Notes: generated by a model from the sequence alone, not told the origin. A stretch of 64,000 nt of DNA from Octopus vulgaris (GCA_951406725.2 OX597839.1:20150001-20214000), one strand, 5' to 3'. Positions 13,082 to 27,946 are shown, numbered from the stretch's first letter. Numbers and translations: made by a program.

Positions 13082-13284
13082 GGAATGAGTTGAAAATATT
13101 TAGAATGATGATATAAACGGTTTACTTTCAAAGCAACCTTACACATATGTATCTATGCATGTATGTAACCATATAAGGCACATGATTTAGTGGTGAGGAG
13201 TAGTCGGCTCACGTTCGCGATGTCATGAGTTCGAATCACGGTGGTGTGCTACACTGTTATTACTAAGAGCCTCTTCTGATATGT

Positions 13285-13670
13285 GGCACTTGGTGAAGCA
13301 TGGAGTTTGATATAGCTACCCTCATTTGCACCTCTTGCCGTGAGGTAGGTTCATCTGGGACTCTCGATAGGAAGAGTTCCAGCTTCGATTTAAAAACCCC
13401 TACATCTACTTTGTGCAAGTTCCTCAGACTCTTTGGCAGAGTATTAAAAAGCTGTTGGGCCCTTGAAACCCAGGCTGTTGCAGTAACTGGTCCTGAAGCG
13501 TTATGGCATTGCTGGGACCTTTGGCACTATGCAGTGTCGTCCCGTTCTAGCATTGGTGTAGCTTTCAATGCCAAAATTTCGCACAATTCCTTCCAGGATT
13601 TTCCAGATATATATTACTGCATACCTCTTCCGTCTTCTCTCCAGGGAGTAGAGTCTTAGCTGTTCCAACC
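13285..13670 (-). mobile_element. Second CR1-clade LINE fragment (ORF2 C-terminus)
   Basis: Clear nucleotide similarity to 9970-10360, e.g. TGCACCTC.TGCCGTGA.GT.GGTTCATCTGGGAC and GGCACTATGCAGTG. Confidence 0.85.
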
Positions 13671-13737
<67 letters not shown>

Positions 13738-13945
13738 AAATTTATATATGCATATTAAAGCATGCAGGTAACTTAATGTGTATATCTACACTACTTATAC
13801 TTAAGCCGGCTGCATGTAAGCATGCATTCACGTCGCTGAGAACGTTGGATGTATGAATTTTAGGTTATAACATAACCTAAATATTATGCACAGTAGATAT
13901 GGACGTACGATGCGTACATATATATACATATGTGCGTGTGTGTCA

Positions 13946-14014
<69 letters not shown>

Positions 14015-14372
14015 TGTATGTATGTATGTATGTATGTATGTATGTATGTATATATGCGTATGGGGTGGGGTTTATGCATGTATCGTAAAGGGGTTAGAGT
14101 AATGAGTGCAGACTTATCGGAACATATGTATGAATAAAATATACAGGGATCAAGGAATTCTGATACTTAGATTGCTTGAATGTATGCCTGCGTATATATG
14201 TATATGTGTGTTTGTGTTCTCGAGTGTGTGCCTGCCTGAGTATGTGAACGTGTGTATATGTATACGTATATTTATAGGTATCCATTTGTGTGTATATATA
14301 TATGTTTGCATACATGTGTGTGTGCATATATATATATGTGTGTGTGCATATATATATATATATGTGTGTGTG

Positions 14373-14418
<46 letters not shown>

Positions 14419-14575
14419 CGTAGATTCATTGCACAAATACACGCAGACACATGCATATATAACATATGAGTGTGCATAACAATGTGCAGGTACGGATACA
14501 CACGTGAGTATACATACGTGTGTGTATATGCATGAATGTATGTATGTATATACATATATATATATATATATATAT

Positions 14576-14636
<61 letters not shown>

Positions 14637-14691
14637 AATATATGCATATATATGTATAGATACTTCTATACATATACAAATATATGCATAC

Positions 14692-14739
<48 letters not shown>

Positions 14740-14779
14740 TATATATATGAATGTGTGTGTATATATACATATATATATA

Positions 14780-14815
<36 letters not shown>

Positions 14816-15254
14816 TAAACATATATACATACATATATATATATGTGTGTGTATGTATATACACGCACACACATCCATACGGTGCATATGTACATACATA
14901 TCTAAAATACAAACGCGATGACTCTGACGATCAAGTATTTTTAATTATGGACATTCCTTTGAGAACCAGCATCCGGTTAAGCAGGCATAACGAACGATAG
15001 GAAGACCTGTCAACGGTCTATAACTACAGCATAAGCAGTGCCTTGTATATTGTGATCGCTGTGAGGCATTCGCCATAACCGGATATGACGTCGGCAACTC
15101 GCCATCTGCCTCCATTTATTAACGTTGGGTATCTACGCTTATTGTTTGTCGGTAGTCTCTGTGTTTACTTTTTGTTTGTATATTTTATATTTTATTTTCC
15201 TATATAGTTGTTATAAATATACATACATGAGTGTGTGTGCGTTTGCACATTCTA

Positions 15255-15320
<66 letters not shown>

Positions 15321-15857
15321 ATTATATATATGTGTGTGTGTGTTGTATAAATATATCTGCGTATGTTCTGATATATAGTTATGCATATACATTCATTTAT
15401 ATATATATATATGTGTGTGTGTGTTTATGTATGTATGTATGTATGTATGTATGTATGTATGTATGTATGTATGTGTGTGTAGGTATGCATATAATTATAT
15501 ATATGTATATATACACATACATACATGAATTATGTTCAAACACATACATATATATATATGTATGCGCGCGTGTGTACGTATGTAAGTGTGTCTTGTCTCT
15601 GTTTACGCATATTTATACATTTCTATATACACATATAAATATATGCATATATCTATATATATACATACATATATTGACAAGAATATGCACATACACACAT
15701 ATACACGCCCAAAAACATGCACACAGAAACACTATAAACACCCACGCACACATTCACATTACATAAACGCGTGCACATGCGCAGAAACTCGTATTATTGA
15801 GTAAGAATTTTCAAGTATATAAAATGTACGTTATACATGCATACATACATACATACA

Positions 15858-15893
<36 letters not shown>

Positions 15894-15923
15894 TATACAT
15901 ACATACATACATACAAACATACA

Positions 15924-15987
<64 letters not shown>

Positions 15988-16705
15988 CATACATACATAC
16001 ATACATACATACAAACATACATACATACATACATATATATATATACATACATACATACATACATACATACATACAAACATACATACATACATACATACAT
16101 ACATACATACATACATACATACATACAAACATACATACATGTATATAGATAGGGAGAGAGAAAAAAGAGAGAGGAGAGAGGGAGAGAGAAAGATAGATAG
16201 TGGGAGAGAGAGATCCATGCATGCATACATGCATTTTTACAAGCGTACATACGTATGTTGGTATGTACGTATGTGTGTCTGCATGTATTTCTTGTCCTGT
16301 TGAAAAATCGGTTTAAAGTATGTTTGCTGAATGCAAATTATGACGAACAAAAATAGCAACAACAAGAACAAAAACAGCAACAACAAGAACAAAAACAACA
16401 ATAACAACATCAATAACAACAACAACTGCACTTAGAGAGCGCAAACCTCTGCCAAGGCAGTACCAACGCCCTCCCGACGATTAGCCGGAGATGATTTTTA
16501 AAATGAGAATATCTGAAATAAACTCGACTGCTCTCACAAACGAGAATACTGAAAATGAACCCGACCAGTCTCAAAAATTAAATTCAAAAAACCGGAAAAA
16601 TAATCCAGAATCCTTGCCCGGTACAGGATCGATCCCAAAATCTAATTAGTTCGTGCCAGTCACGAGGCCAAACATCCTTGAATGTATCATCCAAATCCAT
16701 TCAGC

Positions 16706-16740
16706 TGTGGTGGTGGTGGTGGTGGTGGTGGTGGTGGTGG

Positions 16741-16823
<83 letters not shown>
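16706..16823. repeat. (GTG)n followed by (CTG)~27
   Basis: Direct inspection. Confidence 0.95.
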
Positions 16824-16824
<1 letters not shown>

Positions 16825-16840
16825 CTGTGGTGGTGTTGGC

Positions 16841-17219
16841 GTTGTTGTTGAGCGAATGGTCTTCGTCTCAGATCTCGCAAGGTGGGGAGAAGTCGGAAAC
16901 GTGGTCCTTTGCTATTCGTAAGACCCGCAGAAGAGAAAGCAAGTCAACCCCCGACACCGAGAGCATCGACGGATGGATGAATGCGCATCCAGGCTCAGCG
17001 GTTGCGTGGGAAGTCAGGGTCAAGAAACAGGAAGAGAGAGTGAGAGAAAGTTGGAGCGAAAGAGTACAACAGGGGTCGCCACCACCCCCCTGCCGAAGCC
17101 TCGTGGAATTTTAGGTGTTTTCGCTCAATAAACACACACAACGCTCGGTCTGGGAATGGAAAACGCCACCCTCCGACCGGGAGTCCGCTGCCCTAACCAC
17201 TGGGCCATTGCGCCTCCAC
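16841..17219 (-). mobile_element. tRNA-derived SINE family C with (CAA)n tail
   Basis: Minus strand begins GTGGAGGCGCAATGGCCCAGTGGTTAGGGCAGCGGACT (A box, tRNA-like) and ends CATTCGCTCAACAACAAC. Confidence 0.7.
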
Positions 17220-18551
17220 TGCTGCTGCTGGTGGCTGATTTGATGATGCAACTTGGGATGCTGGTGATTTTCGTCTTCTTTCTCGTCACATTGTTTCCGT
17301 TTAACAGTTGTTAATTGCTGGTACTATTCGAAGTGGTGGTACTGGTGGGAGTGGGGATGATCACGGTGGTACTGGTTTTCGTTGTGGTGGTGGTGGTGCT
17401 GGTGTTGGTTGTGGTGGTGGTGCTGCTGCCAGCAGTGGTAATGATTGTGGTACTGGATGTGGTGGTGGTGGTTGTGATGGTGGTGATTGTGGCATTCTTT
17501 GTTGTGGTGGTGATGTTGGTTGCTGATATTGTTGTTGTTGTGCTGATGGTGCTGCTGCTGCATCTGCGGCTGCTGCTGCTGCTAAGTATGGTGGTAGTGG
17601 GGGGGTGTAAAGGTAGTGGTAATGATCGTGATTGTGATGATGGTGGTGATGCTACTGGTGGCAGTGTTGGTGGTAGTTTTGATTGTGGTGCAGGTACTTG
17701 TGCTTAGGAAGACGACAAGATAGAAGAAAGAGGAAGGTAAAGAATATAAGGAGAGGTGCTTGTGGTGGTGGTGGTGGTGGTGGTTGTGGTGGTGATGGTG
17801 GCGGCGGTGGTGGTGGTGGTGGTGGTGGTTGGGATAACGACGCCAGGCAGCAGGAAGAGAGGAGGAGCAAGAGGTTAAGGATGAGGACGCGGAGGAGGGG
17901 GAGATGCAGAAGTATTACATTAGGGCACACCTGATCCGATCTGGCAGGGAAATACCTTGTACAACAACAAACTATAATTACATTGTCCATTTCTTTTATA
18001 CGGACGACGGGGAGGTGGAACAGCAGCAAAATACAAAGCGAAAATATAAAAATCAAAATAACTGAAAAAAAAAATAGAAGACAGAAATAGGAACACAATG
18101 AAAGGCCATTGATAGATACATACACACAGACGTATATGTGTGTACGTATATATGTGTATATATACATGTGTAATATATATGTGTGTATGTGTATGTGCAT
18201 GTTGTTGTTGGTGGTGGTGGTGGGTGGTTGTGGTGGAAGAGAAGAATGAAGAGGTGGTAGTGGTGGTGGTGGTGGTGGTGGTGGTGGTGATGATGATGGT
18301 GGTGATGGTAGTGTTGTTGGTGGTGGTGGTAGTAGTAGTGGTGGTAATATACATATATATATATATGTGTGTGTGTGTGTATATATATGTGTATATATAT
18401 TTATGTGTGTATGTGTGTTTGTGCATGTGTGTATATATGTAAGTGAATGTATGTATATATGTATATATATGTGTGTGTCTATATATTTGTGTGTGTATGT
18501 GTGTGTTTGTGCATGTGAGTGTTTATACATATGTGAATGTATGTATATATG

Positions 18552-18592
<41 letters not shown>

Positions 18593-18828
18593 GGGGGTGT
18601 ATGCATATATATGTATATATATATATGTTTGTGTGTGTGTATGCATATCTGTATATATAATGTATAGTATATGTGCTGTGGGGGTGGGGTATATACGTGT
18701 GTACATATATGTACATGGCCTTCATCAGTTTTAGACAATGACCTGATTATTTGTACGTAGGAAAATTCCTCCACAAAACGCACGATTGATCTTTCTCAAA
18801 GAGCAGCATCTGCCCACACCAGACTCCT

Positions 18829-18864
<36 letters not shown>

Positions 18865-19059
18865 ATTTCTTTCTTTTTCTCTCTCGGCCTCTTTCTTTCT
18901 CGCTCCCTTTTTATGCCGCTCAATTGTTCCAACGTAAAAAGAAAGAAGCTGATAGCGTGTAGCATCAGGTCTGTCATAGCAGGTGTTAATTTGAAAAATT
19001 ACACACACGCGCACACACACACATACACACACATACACACACACACACACAAACACATA

Positions 19060-19238
19060 CAGCTATCCCTCGCCATTCACGGTTCACCTATCGCGCACTC
19101 AGGACATCGCGGATTTTTCTGGCTAATATATGTAAATTTATATCGCGTACTCCTCAGAATATCGCGGGTTTTTTAGATTTTAATTATTTCTGTTGGAGAT
19201 TTTGGAACGTAACACCCATGATAGTCGAGGAATTACAG
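19060..19238. mobile_element. Pogo/Tigger-like MITE (degenerate)
   Basis: Imperfect TIRs CAGCTATCCCTCGCCATTCACGG / CCATGATAGTCGAGGAATTACAG, with TA flanks. Confidence 0.6.
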
Positions 19239-19938
19239 TATATATTAGAGGAAAAATCAAAACCAAGGCGGAACGCGTATCTCAAGTCATTTAGAATATT
19301 TTAATTAGTGTAAGGTGAATGTAAAGTCTTACAGCCGTTTCGTTTCTGGGATAACCTAAGAGATAAGTTAACATGTCCGTGCAGTGGGTACTCCGTTATC
19401 AGAGACAAGGTATGAATATTTTAGATGGAGAAAATTTACAGTTTATGAGGAATAAAATGGAAGAAAAAAGACTAAAAATAGTTAGAAGAATATACGCAGG
19501 ATATATAGGGGTAGAGAAGACAAGGAAGCGAAGAGAGGGGTACAAAGAGAGGGGTAGCAACAGAAGCGAAGGACGTACGGACGAGAGGAGAGCGACAAAG
19601 ACAGGCAGTCAGACTGACAGATATGTAGACAGACAGAGACGACAAGGAAAAAAGAAGATAATATATAAAGAGGCGGCCCTGTGTCGGTTTCTGTCCAGAT
19701 TAGGGATTCTTTCTTTACTGACTCGATATAGAATGAAGGTGACAGAGACGGAAAAAGTCCTATACACAAGTACAGCCGAAATTGCGAGGATGATCCGGTT
19801 CTTGACTGAAGATTGAAGGCTTCGAATGTCCCGTCAGTGTTTTTTGTATCGTTTTCTAAATGTTTTGCGTTCTTGTCCCAGTTTGTATTTTTTTACATAT
19901 ATATATATATATATATATAGCGATATACGTACCCTTTG

Positions 19939-20020
<82 letters not shown>

Positions 20021-20363
20021 TAGGGAGAATTCACAAAAAAAAACAAAGACTAAGACAGGTGGTGTAGACAACAAACAGATGTATTAGTATACCGCTCGGG
20101 AAGTGAAAAAGTCTTTTACGTTTCGAGCCTATGCTCTTCCACAGAAAGGAACACAGAAAGAAACAAGGAGAGAAAACAAAGAATATGTAGTGGCTAGCGA
20201 TCTACATGCATATACACACATATATATAAATGTATATGCATATATATGTGTGCATGTATATATATGCAGATACATATACGTATGTATATTCATATACATA
20301 TGTATATATACATATATATGTATGTATATGCATATACATATATACATACATGTACGTATATGC

Positions 20364-20394
<31 letters not shown>

Positions 20395-20412
20395 CATGTA
20401 TATGCATATACC

Positions 20413-20443
<31 letters not shown>

Positions 20444-20461
20444 ATACATGTATGTATATGC

Positions 20462-20513
<52 letters not shown>

Positions 20514-21054
20514 ATATGCATATACTTATATATATATTGTGAAGTTTCTATTTTTCTTATTTTTCTGTGCTAAATAGATTAAAATATAAAATATTTTCAA
20601 ATATCACTAACCAGGGGGGAGATGATATTTTTTATCTATTTTCTTGGAATTCTGTAAGAATCCCTTTACACACAGAATAATTCTTCTCTTTCCGAAAAGT
20701 ACTTTTCCAGCTCTCTTCTATATAATAGCAATTTCATAAGTCGACTTTAAGCAACATTTTATTGCCCAGTTTTGAAATTTGAGTTCACTTTTTGAAGAAT
20801 TTAGAAAAACTTTATATGCTTGAAGTTAAAATATTCGTCGCCCTTACACTTTTCATAAATTTCTGGCATAAATTTAACCTAGTTTGTAGTTCATATTAAC
20901 TTTAACGCTATATGTCTGATCAAATCATTCACAGCGTGGAAGACATAAGTAAGGTGTTAGACATCACACAAAGAAGTATGGCTTCGTTTAAACATTTATT
21001 TGGTGTCAAAAGATTTAAGTAAAATTAACAATGTGTATTTTCTTTCTTTTTTTT

Positions 21055-21458
21055 CTTTTTACTTGTTTCAGTCATTTGACTGCGGCCATGCTGGAGCACC
21101 GCCTTTAATCGAGCAACTCGACCCCGGGACTTATTCTTTTGTAAGCCCAGTACTTACTTTATCGGTCTTTTTTGCCGAACCGCTAAGTAACGGGGACATA
21201 AACACACCAGCATCGGTTGTCAAGCAATGCTAGGGGGACAAATACAGACACACAAACACACACACGCATATATATATATATATATACATATATACGACGG
21301 GCTTCTTTCAGTTTCCATCTACCAAATCCACTCACAAGGCTTTGGTCGGCCCGAGGCTATAGTAGAAGACACTTGCCCAAGGTGCCACGCAGTGGGACTG
21401 AACCCGGAACCACGTGGCTGGTAAACAAGCTACTTACCACACAGCCACTCCTGCGCCT
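21055..21458 (-). mobile_element. tRNA-derived SINE family A, full length
   Basis: Head GGCGCAGGAGTGGCTGTGTGG (A box) and GGTTCAGTCC (B box), internal TA/TG tract, tail GGCGGTGCTCCAGCATGGCCGCAGTCAAATGACTGAAAC. Many near-identical copies in the window. Confidence 0.92.
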
Positions 21459-21906
21459 ATGTGTGTGTATGTTCCTCTTCTTTTTTTTTTTTTGTTTTTA
21501 AAGGGTTCATTTGTGCCTTCCTGCGGGGTTTAACCGTTACGGGTATTCGGCTCACGCTCGGAAAGTCGTAATTTCGATTCTTGGCTGTTCTGTGTCCTTG
21601 GGAAAGATATATATTTTTTTGTTATTTGGTGTGAAAAGGTTTAAGTAAAGTTAACAGTCTTTGTGTGTTTTTCAATGGTTAATATGGGCTTTCCCTCGTT
21701 GCTTAGTGGTTAAGGTCGTGATTTCGATTCCTACTGGTTCACTGTTTCCTTGAGCAAGACACTTTATTTCACGTAACTCCAGTTCACTCAGTTGGCAAAA
21801 ATTCGGAGTAACTGTCTTTCAAAGGGCCAACCTTATCACATTCCGTCTTACGCTAAATCTCTCCACAAATTATCCTGTTGCTTCAATAATAGTGCGTATG
21901 AAGCAA

Positions 21907-22765
21907 GGCGGCGAGCTGGCAGAACCGTTAGTACGCCGGGCGAAATGCGTAGCCGTGTTTCGTCTGCCGTTACGTTACGAGTTCAAATTCCGCCGAGGTC
22001 GACTTTGCCTGTCATCCTTTCGGGGTCGATAAATTAAGCACCAGTTACGCACTGGGGTCGATGTAATCGACTTAATACCTATGTCTGTCCATGTTTGTCC
22101 TCTCTGTGTTTAGCCCCTTGTGAGTAATAAAGAAATAGGTATTTCGTCTGCCGTTACGTTTTGAGTTCAAATTTCGCCGAGGTCGACTTTGCCTTTCATC
22201 CTTTCGGGGTCGATAAATTAAGTACTAGTTACGCACTAGGGTCGATTTAATCGACTTAATCCGTTTGTCTGTCCTTGTTTGTCCCCTCTGTGTTTAGCCC
22301 CTTGTGGGTAATAAAGAAACAGGTATTTCGTCTGAGTTACGCACTGGGGTCGATGTAATCGACTTAATACCTATGTCTGTCCTTGTTTGTTCCCTCTGTG
22401 TTTAGCCCCTTGTGAGTAATAAAGAAATAGGTATTTCGTCTGCCGTTACGTTCTGAGTTCAAATTCCGCCGAGGTCGACTTTGCCTTTCATCCTTTCGGG
22501 TTGCGTACTGGGATCGATGTAATAGACTGACCCCCTCCCCAAAAATTTCGAGCCTTGTGCTAGTGTAGAAAAGAAATGTTAGCACGTCGAGCGATATGCT
22601 TAGCAGTCTGTCTTCACACTCTGTGTTCAAATTCCGCCGAGGTCGACTTTGTCTTTCATACTTTCGGGGTCGATAAAGTAAGTAGCAGTTGAATACTGTG
22701 GTCGATATAATCGACTGGCTCCCTCCCCTAAAATTTCGGACTTTGTGCCTTAAGTAGAAAAGAAC
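21907..22765 (+). mobile_element. SINE family B with tandemly reiterated body units
   Basis: One head followed by units restarting at GGTATTTCGTCTG (22138, 22322, 22430), plus a further unit from ~22578. Confidence 0.9.
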
Positions 22766-23040
22766 AATGGCTATGAAGCTGAAGCGTATACTGAGCACTG
22801 GATTTGCAAACTCCTTATTAATGGGTTCATAGATGCCCTCTTTCTCTTGCATTTTTCGAAACCCATTGGTACCCCGAGCGCAGGTATATTTCCACAACCG
22901 AACATATCTTCTCCTTGTGGTCCCACACAACAATATCTGGCCGGTTGTGTTTTAAGTTGGCGGCTGTTTTAATTTTAAAGTTCTTCCATTATTCTCTTCA
23001 CTCATCGCTCTCAAAATGGTCAGCTTCGTCTGTAGCTGCT
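22765..23040 (-). mobile_element. Restriction-like endonuclease fragment of an R2/R4/NeSL-type LINE
   Basis: Minus frame reads KIKTAANLKHNRPDIVVWDHKEKICSVVEI, then frameshifted KMQEKEGIYEP; this matches the RPD..E..K..Y endonuclease motif. Confidence 0.7.
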
Positions 23041-24726
23041 TTCTTGTATGTATGTATGTATGTATGTCTATATGTCTGTTTGTATGTATGTATGTATGTA
23101 TGTATGTATGTATGTATGTATGTATGTATGTATGTATGTATGTGTGTGTGTATGCATGTATGTGTGTGTGTATGTATGTGTGTGTATATGTATGAATGTA
23201 TGTATGTATGTACGAATTTATGTATATGTATATGCGTCTGTCTGTCTGTCTGTATGTATGTATGTATGTGTGTGTGTGTGTGTATGTGTGTATATGTATG
23301 AATGTATGTATGTATGTACGAATGTATGTATATGTATATGCGTCTGTCTGTCTGTATGTATGTATGTGTATGCATGTATGTATGTATGTATGTATGTATG
23401 TATGTATGTATGTATGTATGTATGTATGTATGTATGTATGTATGTATGTATGTATGTATGTATGTATGTATGTATGTATGTATGCATGTATGTATGTACA
23501 TACGTATGTATGCATGCTTGCATATATGTATCATTACCCGTTTTAATTTCTATTTTCCAAACATCCCTTTCGCATGCTTTGACGAGATGTTCTCCACGTC
23601 TCTGTGTATTCCATCAATCACGTCGTCAAAGACCATTTCTCCCAAGCCAGAACATAGCTACAAACCCCAAGAATTCACGCTCCACTGGAAGTAACAACGC
23701 AAAATACGACTGTCGTGTTTCTCACAACTCCTTGAAGCTCTCAAGGTTTAGACGTAGATCAAGATGGCGTATTTGTATTTCTTATATTTATTTTTAGTTT
23801 CTTTCCAGACAGGCCCTACCGACCTACATTACCTACCACTATAAACACGAAAAGCTTCCATCATTAACTCCACCCACAGAAGTTCTTCTGGTTACGGGCA
23901 ATTGACTCTACAAGACGTATGGTCTTTTAATCGCTACCAAAAACGACATGGAGGTGATCCTTCTGGAACACCGCTCATCGCTGCTATTTCGTTTGTACTT
24001 TGAATGGCATTTGATCCTCTGAGGGTTGGACAAGGAAACACAGACATATTCAGAACTCACAGTCCAATGGATCTTCGTGAGGGGCGACGCTGGAACCTGT
24101 ACGCAGTCGCTCGAAACCTAGCAGAGATCGTAGTCGAATTTCCCATTTGTCTAAAAGCACAGTTTTTTTTTTTTTTTTTTTTTAACTTGGGGGACCCAAT
24201 AGTTAAGATTGAGATATAATACTGATGACCCGCTCAGGAATAAACGTTAAACAATTTTCTCCCTTTCTTTATATATAAAAAAGGAAGATGTCAAAGGAAT
24301 AAATGAATATTTTATGAACTTCAATAGCTTCCAGCTGTTTCTGCTATAACATATATTATATTATAGCTTCGTCAGAACATCGTAATTCTTTCCTAAATAA
24401 ATTGCACTTCATATTCGAGGCTCTGATGAAGCTATACCACGTTATTCAGGCTCTCACACATGAGTCCACTGCGTCTTGTTTGTTCTTTTGTCATGTCTCT
24501 TTCTTATTACTGCTCTAGACTCGGCAAATACTTCGTTCAGACACAAACTTATATTGAGTTCTACAGCAGGTTATTAGCCTCGCAATGCTTAAATGAAATG
24601 TTAAAATTATTCCATATACATATATATATATGCGAATGTATGTGTGTACGCGTGTGTGTGTATGTATATATAATGTCTATCCTAATTAGCGATCTAATAC
24701 ACACACCACATACACACAAACACACT

Positions 24727-24814
<88 letters not shown>

Positions 24815-24900
24815 CTATATTTTTTTATTTTATCAGGGGCCAGCATATAAAAATAGACTGATTATCGATAGATAGATAGATATATACATACATACATATA

Positions 24901-24959
<59 letters not shown>

Positions 24960-25111
24960 GGACAAGAACGCAAAACATCCAGACAGACGATACAAAGAAA
25001 ACAAGGACGGGAGTTCTGAGTTTTCTTTCCTCGGTTGAATTCCAGATTAGCTTTGCAATTTCGGCTAGAGAGAGTGAGAGGTTTGAAATAGATAGATCGA
25101 GAGACACACAC

Positions 25112-25227
<116 letters not shown>

Positions 25228-25605
25228 ACAGACAGACAGACAAATAGATGGATACATAGTGTTTCTCTACGACAGTTTGATAAAGCACATAAACAGCAGT
25301 CCTTCCTTCCCATATCGTTTGTGGTGGCGTTCCTTCGACGCCATTATTTGCAGCTTGTGTGTTGCACCACGTTTATAGTTTAACAGATGATAAAACGGTC
25401 TGCAGTTTACGTGAGAACAATAGAAATTACTGGCGAAAACCATCAAACAAGCGTTTTCTATCAAAAGTGCAATACATAAACACAATAACTCGATGAAAAA
25501 AATGTCGAAGCAAATTTCTTTCCAGACACCATCTTAAGACGTAATATTAAGAAGCAGACCTCATGAATAATGGACTCTCCCATCGAAGACTACGTATGAG
25601 TACAG

Positions 25606-25730
25606 TTCTATATTTAAGAGATGAGAAATTATGTACATTATTTACCTTATTTACATCTGACGGAGATTTGTCCTCATCTTGTTTGTTAACACAACGTTTC
25701 GGCTGATATACCCTCCAGCCTTCATCAGGG
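25606..25730 (-). mobile_element. Penelope-like terminus with hammerhead core (relatives at 55341-55425 and 56325-56435)
   Basis: Minus strand CUGAUGA-A-GGCUG-loop-CAGCC-GAAACGUU. The TTCTATATTTAAGAGATGAG block recurs at 55342 and 56326. Confidence 0.55.
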
Positions 25731-25801
25731 CATATGGCGTAGTGGTTAAGAGCGCGGGTTACTAACCCCAAGATTTCGAGTACGATTCCATGCAGTGACC
25801 T
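25728..25801 (+). mobile_element. Short tRNA-like SINE or tRNA pseudogene followed directly by (TAA)n
   Basis: GGGCATATGGCGTAGTGGTTAAGAGCGCGGGTTACTAACCCCAAGATTTCGAGTACGATTCC: A box, degenerate B box, imperfect cloverleaf. Confidence 0.6.
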
Positions 25802-25802
25802 A

Positions 25803-25837
<35 letters not shown>

Positions 25838-25917
25838 TGATGATGATGATGATGATGATAATGATGATGATGATGATGATGATAATAATGATGATGATGA
25901 TGATAATAATAATAATG

Positions 25918-25997
<80 letters not shown>

Positions 25998-26013
25998 GAT
26001 GATGATAATAAAT

Positions 26014-26125
26014 TACTGAAACCTATTTGAAAATGATACCAGGTTTACCATCCCTACAGGAAGTGCAAAAAATCGTGTTAACTGGAACGACTCGTGTACT
26101 GAGAAGAGCATTATTGCTGTGAAAA
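26014..26125 (+). mobile_element. R4/Dong-like C-terminal fragment next to a TAA/TGA tract
   Basis: TETYLKMIPGLPSLQEVQKIVLTGTTRVLRRALLL* parallels the C-terminus encoded at 35106-35298. Confidence 0.65.
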
Positions 26126-26494
26126 CAGCATCCATTCATGAATTTATTTATTTATCAATTTTTTAAATACATATTTTACCTGTGAATTTGCATGTGTTAT
26201 CTGGGAATGCATACAATGAGCTATAGAAATGAGTTGTGATGTCACAGGTGCCCAGCTTTATCGGCCCCTTTACCTCTCCCTTGGATAACATCAGTGGTGT
26301 GAAGAGTGGAGGGTGGTATGCATGGGCGACTGCTGGTCTTCCATAAACAACCTTGCCCAGACTTGTGCCTCGGAGGCTAACTTTGTAGGTGCAATCCCGT
26401 GGTCAGTCATGGCCGAAGGGGGTCACCCACCCACTTCTGGAACATCCTTGTCAATCTTGCAATAAACTGCAAGCACAAAAGACCAGACATAATC

Positions 26495-26892
26495 ATTTCT
26501 TCTATAGGCATAAGGCCTGAAATTTGGTGGAGTTGGGTGTAGTCGATTATATCGACCCCAGCGCGTAACTGGTACTTAACTTATCGATCCCGAAAAGATG
26601 AATGGCAAAGTCGGCTTCGGTGGAATTTGAACTCAGAACGTAAAGACAGACGAAATACCTATTTCTTTAATACCCACAAGGGGCTAAACACAGAGAGGAC
26701 AAACAAGGACAGACAAACGGATTAAGTCGATTATATAGACCTCAGTGTGTAACTGGTACTTATTTAATCGACCCCGAAAGGATGAAAGGCAAAGTCGACC
26801 TCGGCGGAATTTGAACTCAGAACGTAAAGACAGATGCAATACCGGTGAGCATTTCGCCCGGCGTGCTAACGTTTCTGCCAGCTCGCCGCCTT
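26495..26892 (-). mobile_element. SINE family B, two-unit copy (others at 35565-35743 -, 7745-7912 +, 50745-50955 +, 28110-28230 +)
   Basis: Reverse complement of the family B head and core. Confidence 0.88.
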
Positions 26893-26919
26893 CATGACCA
26901 AATACAGTATATGATAGAG

Positions 26920-26950
<31 letters not shown>

Positions 26951-27352
26951 GACAGAGAGAGAGGGAGAGCGGGGGTGTTTGTGTGTCGCTTAGTAACAAA
27001 GAATAAAAATCGGTTAGTCGCTAAGTAACAACGGCCAATAAACGTCTGTTTTAATAGGAATTCAGACTTTTATAGTAGTCGTTGGACAAAATGATGTCAC
27101 AGATGGGATACACATGGCCGGTCATTTACGATGATGAAGATGATAAAAGATGACGACGACGACAATGATGATGATGATGACGATGATGGTGTTGACAACG
27201 TCGACGACGACGGTGACATTGATGATGATGATGATGATGTAGTAGTAGTAGTAGTGGTGGTGGTGGTGGTGGTGGTGGTGGTAGTGGTGGTGGTGGTGGT
27301 GGTTGTGGTGGTGGTAGCGGTGGTAGTGGCAGTGGTGGTGGTGGTGGTAGTC

Positions 27353-27392
<40 letters not shown>

Positions 27393-27479
27393 GTGGTGGT
27401 GGTGGTGGTGGTAGTGGTGGTGGTAGTAGTAGTGGTGGTGGTGGTTGTGGTGGTGGTAGCGGTGGTAGTGGCAGTGGTG

Positions 27480-27523
<44 letters not shown>

Positions 27524-27889
27524 AGTGGTGATGGTGGTGGTAGTGGTAGTAGTAGTGGTGGTGATGGTTGTGGTGGTGGCGGCGGCGGCGGTAGTGGTGG
27601 TAGTAGTAGTAGTGGTGGTGGTGGTGGTGGTGGTAGTAGTAGTTGTTATTGTTGTTACTAGTGGTGACATTGGTGGTGGTGGTGGTGGTGGTAGTGGTGG
27701 TGGTGGTGGTGGTGGTGGTAGTGGTGATGGCGGCGATGAGGATCACGACTGTGACGATGGCGACTTCAGTCTTATGTGAGAGGACAACGTATATATTAGT
27801 GAAGTGTATATGATCACGTGGGAGGATAGAGCGGGACAAGAAAGCCATATTGAAAGGTCTTTCGTAAGGCTTTGGAATTTTGTTAGATG

Positions 27890-27946
<57 letters not shown>

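Noticed and set aside
16428-16705. Possible non-autonomous Helitron-type repeat fragment
   Set aside because: Only a recalled resemblance; it is single-copy here and the termini are not demonstrable.
25728-25801. Functional tRNA gene
   Set aside because: The acceptor and anticodon stems pair poorly, the T-loop is mutated, and there is no oligo-T terminator.
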